From Phoronis australis (taxonomy: Eukaryota > Animalia > Phoronida), in NCBI GenBank assembly GCA_002633005.1, contig NMRA01000047.1:583326-647325 (forward strand): a stretch of DNA of 64,000 nucleotides, written 5' to 3'. A program made the position numbers and the translations under genes. Of the stretch, positions 11,807 through 23,668 are shown piece after piece; position 1 is the stretch's first letter; each line of letters opens with the position of its first letter. The notes under the pieces were generated by a model. The model did no database searches and had not been told where the DNA came from. It saw only the letters and a list, made by a program, of their open reading frames with translations.

Positions 11807-13464
11807 TTTTCTCCGTCGACCCATCATACAGCTTTTTCTCGTGTATTTTTCTACTGAGTACTTTGCTGCCTAATTTTGTCTTTTGCCTGATTGTTGACGT
11901 TTGCCGATTTTTGGAGTGAAAATAGCCCAATACGGAATTCCGGCTTCAGAACTTGTTAATGAGCGTACATCGATTTGAAATGCGTCGGAACCACAATTAA
12001 ATGACTTTGTGAGCCTAATAATTGAAAAAATATTTATGTCAATCGATTAGACCTGCACCTTGAGCTTTCATTCGAGTTTGCAGTTATTTGACGGATTTAA
12101 ATCTAGCTTGTTAGATTTCTACTCAACCCGCATTGCATTTATAGAAAGAAAGAGCATGCTCTATTTAACAGCATGGATCGTTTAGGACTGAGGTACCCAA
12201 CGTGGCTTGTTGAGCTACTCCTTCTTTTCTGTCAACCCAAGCTATTTGGTTTGATTCTCAAATACACATTTGATACCTTTGAAGTACTACAATTAAGATT
12301 TCGAAACTGTAATTAGACATTGGCCACGGTTGTGCAATTTTGGTGAGGTACCCTATTCTAGAGCCTGGTATGATATGAAGAGTGATTGCCTAATATATGT
12401 TTTATGGTTTTCTTTTGTAGAGCCAACGTCAATCTAAACAATCTAAACGCCGAATGTTGTTTTGTTATTTTAAATATGACTTCAGCTGAGATATTGAGGC
12501 AAGAATTTGGACAATTCTCGTCATTTCAAAATAACTATCGAGCAGCTAAATTTGTAGCTTTTAAAAACAGCTAAGATGTAACAGGAATCTTTGATATTTC
12601 CGTAGCTGGCAAATTTCAAGACACCTTAGTTCAGTGATATGGTTACAGTGTTTCATCTCTTATACTTGCTCTCCAGGTAATCTCCTAAAATGTTCCAAAA
12701 TGTAGCTGTAACAGGACTTGATACTGGCAGAAAACCAATTTGTTCCTGTAGCAAACCCTAGGTGACGCGCACAAAGAATGGATGTGGGTACGAAGGTTTT
12801 GGTGTCAACCCCTTCCATCAAACGTCAAATTTTCAAGGAAATCCGTGACATAGCCTTTATCACTTTTTGCCTGGTCCACTCGTAGACGTTCACTTACATT
12901 CTTCCAAAGGGTGTCGTCTCGATCCTCTTTGGTTGTTCGAGCAAAGGGGTTACAACCACTAGCTTTTGAACCTCCTTTGGACCACCAAACGCTACTTATT
13001 TGTGTTCTTCACCCGCAACCGTCCATTAGCTGCACCTTGCGAGTTCGCAGAGTTTGGACCAAAAACAGCATTTTCGGTTCTGGTCTGAACCCCGACTGCG
13101 CTCATAGACAAAAATAAAACTGTGCCCGACCGCATCGATTTCAGTGAAGGTCTTGTCTTTTTTTCGAAAAAGCACATAGATTTGAAGATGTGAGATGAGT
13201 GCCCCCAGCCTTCCCCATTTGAAACTGATTAGAGTTGAGTAAAAAAAACAAATCTGGTGGATTTTCTTTTCGGAGAAGTGTGTAGCTACAAAATGTAGCA
13301 CCACCGACTCGATTTTCAAAAAAACTGACCACAACCAATTATGTTTTTTTGACCTTTTACTAACTTTTTAAATACGTTACTCTTAGCAGTTTTTCGATCA
13401 AAGATTTTCAAAGTAAACCAATCGTTGTAAATATCTGACCTTGAGATTGTCCCGTTATTTCCAG

Positions 13465-13794
13465 ATGGGCCTTTGACAGTCTCTTTAAAGCCAAGTTCTG
13501 GTAAAATTGTTGACAATGTATATTCGGTGAGGCAAGGGTTTAAGTCCACGATCTCCTGTACCACCGATACAGTTAACAGAAATGCCACTATAACGTTCAC
13601 ACATCCGTTCCAAACGTTTACGATCGGAGATAACAGACGTTTACCGCACGAACAAAAGGTCGGTGTGGTATTTCAAAGGACTCTGACTTTTCAACCCACC
13701 AACGAACATAATGGTTTGGCCATTATGTGCAAGGCAGCTAATGGAGACGCTGAAGTGATAACGGCAAATATGTCCGTGAATCTTAGATTGTACG
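13465..13794 (+). CDS. Ig-superfamily receptor, Ig exon D
   Basis: tttccag| acceptor and |gtaagt donor; 330 nt, phase 1-1. Encodes YGPLTV...ISCTTDTVNRNATITF...HNGLAIMCKAAN...VNLRLY. Confidence 0.85.
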
Positions 13795-14744
13795 GTAAGT
13801 TTTGTACTTTCTCCTTGGGTAGGTAAAGTTTTTAACGGAGGTTTGCCACTGGGATACCAAACCGATTTGCTGACTTCTCAAAGCTGGTTCAGAAAAATAG
13901 AAGGAAATATGTATAAAGGCGAGAAAACAGAAAAAAGGCTGGAAAAAATAAAAAAGTGTGGGAAAACAGACAAAAAATATAGGAAAACAGTAAAAGAAGG
14001 AATATAGAAGAAAGGGGGAGATAAAAACGGGCGAGAAAAAAATAACGGTGGGAAAAATACCAAAAGGACTTAAAAATGGAAGAAAATAGAAAAAAATGCG
14101 TGCAAAAAGATAAAAACGGTCGGGAAATCAGAACAAGACGTGTAAAGGAAAAATGTGGAGCAAATAGAAAAAAATATTCATCGACCCTGTCTCCCAGTCG
14201 ACAATTATTTCACTCACCCATCTGAGGCGATACGACCGACTCCACAAAGCCAAAATATTCACTTGTGACAAGATATCTGGGAAGGCAAAATATTCGTCTG
14301 CCTTGGCGACACCAATTAGCGGTTTCCAAGTTTAAAACTTTTATTTTATTTTATTTTATTTTAGTTTCTTCAGTGTCAGCAGTGCTTTCTAAGTGGGCCT
14401 CAACAACGAGGTGTAATACAGTACAATATAGTATAATGAAGTACTCGAACAATAATTAAATACAGGTAACAAAGCAACAATTAAAACATGTTGGGGATTT
14501 AGATAATAAATAAACAAATGACGAAGAATGAAAGAATTAGACTAAGAGAGTTAAAATTAAATGAAAAGATGATACTAAATAGTTAGAGTATCAACGGTAA
14601 TGAAAAATGACATAACTGGGACTGGTAAATGAGTCAGAATGGGTAAATAAATTACAGCAGCAGCTTAAATAAAACACCTCTTACGGTCTCGGTTTTATTT
14701 TTTCAAATAAACATTACCAGCAACGCAACGGAGGAAATACAGCT

Positions 14745-15016
14745 CATAGGCGGATTTAGGGGGAGCCCAGGCCCCCCCCCCTTCCTTGGAAGCCGCAAGC
14801 AAAATGAAACAGCTGCAGCGTGAAGCGTGAGGAAACATTGAGTTCAGCAAGTAGGATTTGTAGCGGCGGAATCGTGTTCCCGTTTTTTTAGCCAACCGAC
14901 AGATTTTCTGAACAGAAGGCCCGCGTACCCGGCCCTTCAGCTTTCGGGCCGCCTGTGCACATACAATCGCGCTTTGCCCAATACCCCGAGGCAACATGTT
15001 CCCCCCCCCCCCCCNG
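14745..15016. mobile_element. MITE of the same 5-bp-TSD family; right end crosses an N
   Basis: Starts CATAGGCGGATTT and is flanked by CAGCT/CAGCT. Related in reverse orientation to 16223-16504. Confidence 0.65.
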
Positions 15017-16222
15017 CAGCTTGACTGCAACTGAATGTGCGGCTGAGATATGTTGGAGCCAAGCCATTGACACATCTGTACATGCAACAGGCAGAAAGAT
15101 ATTGATTGCTTTGTTTTACTTTCATGAATCCAAACTTGGAGTGCAAGTCGTCGACCCGGATGTCCCTAATTCTTGTGACCAGTATAGCTTAGGTTACCTT
15201 GACTTTGCTTACAAGTGTTTCGCTGGTATGTCCCCTGGCAACAATAAGCAATGTGGGGCTGAATAATAGAATGGCATTACGAAATTTACCTAGTAGACAT
15301 TTTTAAAGGTACGCTGTCTGATTTTCTTTGACAAATTCTTTGTGATGTGATTAATTTGCATATCTAATTGTATAAGGCCCAAATACCTAAGAGTGGAAGT
15401 TGCACGCTAATTCATTATCTCTGTGATTGCTTGGTCAAACTAGTTACAAACAAATAGCGACGACGGAATATGAAATTGGTTCAAAATTGCCAAATGTTTA
15501 AAAAAAAGGTTTTGTGTCAAAAATGATCCACCGTAAATAATTCAAGCGTATCCTGTAAGTATCGTGACGTGGTGTTGGGGTACAACACTGCATAATGTGA
15601 GCCCCCAAGGTACGTCATTAGTGCAAAGGTCACTTATTTACATTTTCTCTGTTTCAAAATTTACGAGTTATCAATGCATACAACTGCACTTTGTTCAGCG
15701 TAGATGGTGCTTAATAGACATTGTCATTTAGCTCCTGCTATACATTAGCATAGTTAGCAGCATGCAAATATTCTTTAAATTTGTCGACGCTCTCTTTAGG
15801 GGAACCGGTAATAAAACGAGCCAATATCTATTGTTTCAATTTTGGTGGGTAACCAACAGCATAGACTTGATTTTACTTACGTTAAGAGTGAGTTTATTTT
15901 GAACCAGCCACTCATGGACAAGACTAGCTCATCTTTGAGAGAAGTTCAAATTCTTTTACTCATCCAGCTATGGTCATAATTGCAGTGTCATCGACATGTA
16001 AAACTGGAACGTTGTTGAGGAGAAAAGTAGAGAGATAGTTAACAAAAAAGTGAATAATAGAGGCCCGAGAATTGAACCCTGAGGTACGCCAGTGATAACA
16101 GTTGAGTAGTTCGAAAGAATGTCGTATTTGGTAGCCTGTTTGCGATCGTATAAATAGTTTTTAAACCAAATGAGTTGAACTTCGTTATCGTTAACTCCAA
16201 AGGACTCTTCTCTTTTTAAAAG

Positions 16223-16504
16223 CAGTGGCGGATCTAGGATACCATAAGGGTAATTGTACGTGTACGGGCGTCCCTAAAGTTCCGGGGGCCGGGAATATGA
16301 ACCTTCTGTTCGGAAAATCTATCGGCTAAAAAAAACGGGAACGCGATCCTGCCGCGATCTGGGGTCTTACCCCCCCCTCCACCACCGGTCCTAGTTATAT
16401 TTCCTCGCGCTTCGTGCTGTTGCTGGTGCTGTTCCATTTTGCTTGCAGCAGCCAATTGAGGGGGGGCCCAGGCCCCCTGACCCCCTCCCCTAAATCCGCC
16501 TATG
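16223..16504. mobile_element. MITE of the 5-bp-TSD family, inserted in the LINE RT
   Basis: CAGTGGCGGATCT...AAATCCGCCTATG, with an AAAAG-like duplication. Confidence 0.7.
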
Positions 16505-16976
16505 AAAAAGATTCCATGGTCCGCAATGCCAAAGGCTTACCTAGGGTCAACAAAAACAGCAACTGTAATCCTCCCCTGGTCCATATTGTTAGATAAAGTC
16601 AGTAGCGTGAATGTTTGTAATCAGAATAGAATGCAGGGGGCGGAAACCAGACTGTGTTGTGGATAGAAGAGAATTTTCCTCCAGGAACTGGTGAAGCTGG
16701 TTTTGGACGCACTTTTCAATAATTTTGGACACTGCAGGGATGACCGATATTGGTCTATAATTCTTGCAAATGGACTTGTCACCGTCTTTAAAAACAGGAG
16801 TAACTACCGCCATCTTCTATTCAGTAGAAATTGTGTCCGTTTTTAAACTCAAATTTGTGATATTGGTAATGGTCTCAGCTATTTGGTGGAGGCCTGTTTT
16901 AGTCGTTTAGCAAACGCTTTCAAGGCCACTGGCACTATTGGAGTTCAAGCTTTTATTTGTACTTGTCTCGTTATAG

Positions 16977-17338
16977 TTGATGATTACCAGAAGCCACTGT
17001 CTCTGTGGATTGGGGTTTGCGTAGGAATTCTCCTTGTACTGATTTTGCTAGTCGTAGCCTGGAAATGTCGCAACAGAGTGGAAATGTTCGTGCATAGACA
17101 ACGTCCCGGTCAGCAGCTTTCAGCTGTGCCGCCAAAGCGCCTTTCTGACACATCTGCGACGTCGCCCCTTAATCATGACGATCATCTGGAGCAAAGTGAT
17201 CAGAATTACTTGTCTAAAAGTTCGCACACATCCTTGATAAGCGAGGAGAGCTTTGTTAGATCGGGAAAACCTCAAAGTATTGATTCCGGCGGCTCATCTC
17301 ACCCCAGCTCGGATTCTGCTAACTCGAGCCGCATTTAA
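16977..17338 (+). CDS. Ig-superfamily receptor, terminal exon: transmembrane helix plus Ser-rich cytoplasmic tail
   Basis: gttatag| acceptor, phase 1, in frame with exon D. TM segment LWIGVCVGILLVLILLVVAW is followed by the basic stop-transfer KCRNR. Ends ...ANSSRI-TAA. Confidence 0.8.
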
Positions 17339-18254
17339 TTCAAATAATGAATGTGAATATATTTCGATATCGTTAGCATACGTAGACGCTAACAGTTCAA
17401 TATATAGCGCTGAAAGGTTTTACGTTCTGATCTAGAATATTCTGAAACTTCGATTTCAGGAATAAGCATGATAAATTTTTCACCCTGCAACGGTGGTAGT
17501 ATGTTAAATAATTATAGATTTCTTGTATCGAATAAGCTTCGGGACATGGGCGGATTTAAGCCCCCCCCCCCCCACACACACACAACGGTATCAACCATAA
17601 AAATGTCGTCGGAAGTTGTTGCTGAAATTGCATATAAAGCAAGTCGTAGCTCCACAGAAGAGGAGAGTTGAATTGTCAAGTTGAGACATAGCTGGAGGGA
17701 ATTAAAGATATAACAGATTTGCCAAAAACGAACACGTAATTACACATTGCGTTTAGTAACGATTTCACGAGGTGATAATCCTAATAACAATGTCGTTGAT
17801 GCTTTAAACGATTTGTATAATCTATTTAAGGACAATGCAAGAAACTACTACGTGAACAACCTCCCCGGCGCAGCCGGAAAAATCCAAAATATTGATTTAA
17901 CAATGAATATTGTGAACGAAATAGAGAACGTGCAGAGAATGCCTTTCGCCAGTAACCCTGTTCAGCTACATCTTGATTCATTGTGCCTCTCCGTGGTTAC
18001 AACATTAGTGATTAACATACTAAATTGTAAAATTGAAAGTGGTTCTCTGACACTGAAACCGAATTCAACCACCTCAACAGTTAGGGTTTGTTCGTAAAGA
18101 TTCGTAATTTCTTTTGATATCAAAGCAATTGCTTTTAGTTTCAAATTTCAAAACAACAATCTGGTCAACTGCTCGCCACTTCGCGCACGCGCGAATTAAT
18201 CATAAATGGGAAAGAGATTAGAAACTGTGTGGTAACCACAGAATATTTCCGTCG

Positions 18255-18420
18255 CTCGTAATTCAAAAGTCGTGAATTTTGTGATTTTTTTCAACAACAT
18301 TCCTCACACGAGAAAGTGAATTACTCTGTACTAAACGTTGCGAGATGGTTCTTTCGTCAGGAATTGTTTTAAGGTATTTTTGACAAGCTTTCGCATTCCA
18401 TACCTCTTTAAATGTTAGTG
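18255..18420. repeat. Interspersed repeat, second copy at ~63790-63945
   Basis: Shared tcgtgaa.tttgtgattttt...gaaagtgaat.actctgta...gtcag.aattgttt...agctttcgc.ttccat.cc. Confidence 0.6.
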
Positions 18421-19026
18421 ACATGTATACGACCAAGTACCAGAATAGAATCAGCATTCACTAGCGAAACTGATAGCTGTATCCACACTGATAGAACGTG
18501 TGAAACGTCAAAGACAACAGTAACGTTGCGCCGTTATGCCTAGATCCTGAGACTGCCAGTTCTCTCCTAAAAGCGTTTAGATCTAGTTAACCTCGTCGGT
18601 CAGGACAACATTAATATATTTCTAGTGGTGAAAAAATAAAATTTTGAAAACGGAGCCGTACCTCTTAGAACAAACATTCCCGTTTTCACGAAAAAAGATT
18701 ATAGAACAAAAAATCGTGACTGCTCCCAACAAGGGTTTTTTCACACGCCACGTGCGCACCCAGCCTAAAAATGAGGGGGCTCCAATTTTTGAGAATGTGG
18801 ACCTTTTACTAAGATTCACAGGGTTACTTCAGTGCCATGAATTGTGCATTCACCGAATTTTGGTAGTTCCGGCGTTTTTGGGAACTTTTGTCCCGTTTTC
18901 TACTTTTTTCGGAGTTTTTGATTCTTTTAGGCGGATCTTTTTGTCCATTTCACCAAATAGGGGCTCGTTGGAGACCCCCCACCCCCCATGCTCTCTAAGA
19001 AAGAAGGTGGTTACCGTACTCCTTAA

Positions 19027-20134
19027 AGGAGAATGCCACTGAAAAACGACGTATTTTGTATAAATTTAGATTGAGTAGTTCAACTCTATAACAGCAAGTT
19101 CAGTTCTTTTACCTGACACCAGTGCTGAAATTAACCAATGACGTCACAGGTTTTAACTCAGTCTGCTCAGTAGTTCACAACACGCTTGCTGGTGTCGGCT
19201 TATCGCTTGAATTCATCGTTTTACACCAATAAATCATCAAAATTCGGTTAAAATCCTAACAAATGCATTGAGTTTTTAAACAAATGAGTTGTTTTATTTC
19301 GCTGTTACGGATTTATAGAAACCTTGAACGTACCGTAGCCTATAAAGGTCCGTAGGCCAACTTCCACTCACGAACAGAGTTTTGGTGAATTAGCTGCAAA
19401 ATTGCAAATCTACGCTCCCGTCGGGTTCCCAGGTTCCCCATCCACAGAACCGGACAGGGAAAACTTGGTATACAAGGATTTGAATAGCATAGAAAAAAAA
19501 CAAAGATTCCCCTAACACCTGACCATAGCGTATAGAATCGAGTTATAGTTTCGCAACAGCTTTCTGTCAGCAAACACTGAATTAGCAGCACCCACACGGC
19601 GGTCAATTTGCATTTGAAGCCGATAACGCAGTACGATTTATTCATTATTGATTTCTCAAGACATTTGCCTTTACGAACATTTTAAAGGCATTACAAAATG
19701 ATATCTACTGAGACAGATTTTGACAATTTGTTTCAGTTTTATATAAACATTGGTTAGGGTGAAAATAATTCATTTTCAAAACGAGCCAATTCCGACCACA
19801 GACATGGAGATATTTCAAGGCCTCATTCTTGGTATTAACGGCATACTTTTCGTTCTTTACTGACGGGAACCACTTGCGACTCGGGTTATCGAGGAGATAA
19901 AAAAGCGATATACCCGCTTTCCTCGCAGCTTCACACAAGCGGGAACAATACGTCACACCATAGCGGCACACACTCGGCTGAAGAACCACTGACGTCGCGG
20001 CGTCGTGTACTCACCTTCGTCACAGGTTAACGCTACAACTTTCGGCGAGGTGAGATCGACCGTACACGAGGTGATGTGGATATAGACCGATTAAGACGAT
20101 AACAAAAACTAATTAAATCAGGTGGCATTCTCCT
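19027..20134 (+). mobile_element. Kolobok family A, internally deleted and diverged copy
   Basis: TTAA|AGGAGAATGCCAC ... GGTGGCATTCTCCT. Minus-strand THAP remnant ARKAGISLFYL...VKNEKYAVNTKNEALKYLHVCG. Confidence 0.85.
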
Positions 20135-23100
20135 TAAACCATCGATTCTCAGTTCTGCAATCCGTGTCTGCCAAGCTCTCTCTTTTTGATGTAGAGCACA
20201 AATAATCTAAACAACAATAAAAACGAATTTGAATAAACGGACATCTCCAGTTTCTACTCTTACTGAGGAGATTGCATCCTAACCAGAACTCCAGGTTATC
20301 CATGTGTACGCGCGGCACGTCCATAAATATGAGAGGTGCCCTGTTCGGGTACAAGTTGCATCCGTAAGACTATGACGCTGAAGAAAGTTAGATACGCGGT
20401 TAAGTTGTGTTAGACCAGCGCATTTGTACGGGATAGGTGATTTAACAAGTCCATGAATTGTGTTCAGCAAAACTTAGGACCGTATTAAGGTGAATCACTT
20501 CCGATGCGTAGTTTCGTGGAAAATAAAAATGTATCGACTCCTTTTCTTTAGTTGTCGGTGATTTATTAGCCATCAACGTACATGTTGCCCAAACAAAGTT
20601 GGCAGACGAATTTCACACTATAACACTAGGTGCCCATTTATACTATGACATTTGTGGCGACGACAACTACACAAAAATCACAGTTGAATTTGTGATTGCG
20701 CAGTTCGTGAAGTCATTGTAAGTGTTGTTGTTTATTGGAGTTTGGGGGGGGCATTTTCTCACCTGGCGCCCCCTACCAAGAACTACCCACAACGCCACTG
20801 GTCGTGTCTACTAAGGATGCCTTCTGGTTGCCGGAATACCTATACTTTTGTAGCTCCTATTGCCAGGCATTTCCAATATACTACTCTGAATTGAGTAATC
20901 CGTGAATTTAATTTTCCGGTCTTAGTCCAGGCAAATTTGGTGGAATTCAGAATACTAGGTAAATCTTGTCCAAATTCAAAATTCTTCAATTGAAATTTTG
21001 GCGGAAAATAAATTCCACATGAAATCAGCGCTTTTATCTATCACTCAGGAAACCCGTATTTTCAAACTCATTAACGATCCCTATTGACAATTTAAGCCAT
21101 TAAACCGAAAAGTTTATCATGAACATCGTTATCATTTGCGTAGGCCTAGTTAGCTTCCTATTAGCGACCTCTACTAACGTACGACAATCTGTCTGCTCTC
21201 GCGTGCAGGCATTAAAGTCCTGGTCTCACACGTTGTTAACCCTTATTACATGGTTAGAGGATGTTATAAGGATCCAAGAAGTACTTACCCCATAACTATA
21301 ATACACGATCCGTACTCGAAAAAAGTTTAAATGAACGCGCCACTCACGATTCACACCCGAACAACCACCGCCATTTTGAATTTACCGCGAACCCGGAAGT
21401 ACAATTCATTCAGGAACCCAAGCTAAGAAAACGCCGTCAGTGTAAATGGACGAGTGCCTGTTAGGGCCTACTAGCCTGCAAATGGGGGTAAAATAATCGA
21501 CAGCGCGCCTTAATTTTAATAAAATCAAAATACGGACAATTTTATCGAATTTGATGAACAAATGTGGAGAATAAATTTTGACAGAAATTATTTTGCCGGA
21601 CTCGGGACCGCAGCCTATCGGACCCGGTGCGGATCGAGACCAGACACTGGCGAACGGTAAAGGCATGCGGTTGCAAGCTGTTGTGTCGAAGTAAAAGGTT
21701 CAAACCATAAATGCCGTATACATTCAAAGGTAGTTTCAGACACTTGCATAACTTAGGGCTGGTTAGTCCTGTGTCACACTGCCGCGGCAGCCCTTAGCTA
21801 GCCTCAGTGCCAGCTACCAGTATGAAGACTAACTACAGCTTGTTAGTAGGCCTGTACAGCTTTGCGTCAAGGCTTCCTTTAGGCCTAACTGGTCGCTGGC
21901 CACAGCGCTCGCTCAAACGAGGTTTATTTAGAATTTTGGTACTTCTGGCGAACTGTGCAAAGTTTTTGGCTTTCAACAGAGATTTTCCCAGACTTTGTAT
22001 GAGCGCACCAAGCCTAAAAAATGCGGGGCTGAAATTTTTGGGAATGCCTTTCTTTTACTATAAGATTCACTGGGTATGTTCAGAGCTATGAATTACAGAC
22101 GCTAAATTTTGGTACTTCCTGTCTTCTAGTGGAATATTGTCTCCAAATAGGGGGCTCGTTCGAGCACATAAGTATGACAAGTCCAATACAAAATGTAACC
22201 AAAATGATTCAACCTTTTAGCATAATAAGTAATGCACATTATTTTACAACATTTAGCATTACAAACACTAATCAACAGCAAAAGTTTCCATGATATGAAA
22301 GTGGACATACATGTAACTATTACCATGGTGACCGAATAGTGTTTTCTTACACCAGAATTTGACAAGCATGATTAAAAAAATATGAAGTTGCAAGGAACAA
22401 GAATTGGAGGCTTAAAGCTTCACAATCCGACATAGCTTATTTCTCGAATTATGATTATTCATATTGTTGACTTGATAACTTGAATTAAGAAGCAATAAGT
22501 TACAAAACATGACTTGAAAGCAATTGAGACTTAAAATTTAGAAAAATGTGAATCATTTTGTGACACCTAATCAAGCCTTGAACAGCAGTTGACAGTCAAA
22601 CAAAAAACATTTCAAAATTATTTCAATTATTTTTTTAGCTTAGTGTAAGATCACCTGAATGGGACATTCACAGTAAAATAATTCGAATACATCTTATATT
22701 GTTGCACCAAAAAGATCCTTTTTTTGTAGAAACGTTTGTCAAAATGTATCAACGTTAAATCTTCACAAATTACAATGTAACAGGTTGAACTTGCTTTCGA
22801 GTTCAGCAAAAGTCTCCATGTTGTCGGTGCGGCCAGAAGTGAGACGAAATCCAACGGGAATCGTGAGCACATTTATCACTTAATGAGTAACAACTGCGAG
22901 GCTGAAATTTGGTGAACACTGTTGAATCGTGCAGAATAGTAAGTAAAGATATGTCTCACTAAATTTCACCGTAAATTGTTGGCGAAAACAATGTGCACAA
23001 GTTTTAAACTCGTAACTTATCCCGCTGTCCTCCAATATGGCCGTCGCGATCCAAACAAAGTGACCCAAATTTCGCTACAAAAACTGCGATAACTTTACAC

Positions 23101-23668
23101 TGCTTGCCCCGAATTTGATGCTTTTTCGATTTCTACTGAGTAGAATGCACTACCTTTCCGATGATAGCAAAGTATTTTTTCAAAACGAGATAAAAATCAA
23201 AACAAAAAAATTGGTTCGACTTATATTGGTTCCTAGGTTCGACCGCCCTACGTAAAGAACTAAACACAAAATGCTATTTTAACATAATAAGTTCGCGTAA
23301 CATTCCAAAAAAATTCAACGACCACTAACTACAAAAATACACTACATATGCAAACTAATCACGAGATATTACTAATAAAACAAAATAATGAAGACTTTTC
23401 GAGCAAGCGATAGCACATTCAGTTACAAGGAAAAAATGGCAGCGTTCAGGACAAGTTCCTGAACTGATGAGCCGGAAATGTGGGTACGGAAATAACCGAT
23501 GACAGTCGGTAATTATACGCTCACAGAGAAGGGTCAAATACTGTTAAAAATCGTTTTTCGCAAGAAAGGCGAAAAGAATATAAAGAAAGGGTGTCGAAAA
23601 TAAGATTTTATTTAGTAAGTATTTTCGGATACTGGGACCACATGGGCATTTTGAGACCAGGACTTTAA

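Larger units (their letters stand above)
14338..16930 (-). mobile_element. Degenerate CR1/L2-group LINE (RT plus 3' tail), interrupted by two MITEs
   Basis: Minus strand encodes VTPVFKDGDK...NYRPISVIPAVSKIIEK...QSGFRPLHS (16589-16813) and GVPQGSILGPLLF...VDDT (~15985-16100). (TAAAA)n tail at ~14338-14361. Confidence 0.8.

Noticed and set aside
13870-14180. Phe-rich hydrophobic ORF 13878-14063 (-)
   Set aside because: It is a translation of A/G-rich low-complexity intronic sequence.
16883-16976. N-terminal extension of the TM ORF (apparent signal peptide)
   Set aside because: It lies upstream of the acceptor at 16976 and overlaps the antisense LINE remnant, so it is intronic.
20475-23235. 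Large TIR element bounded by taggacc.../...ggttcctag
   Set aside because: The terminal similarity is too weak and no TSD or coding remnant was identified.
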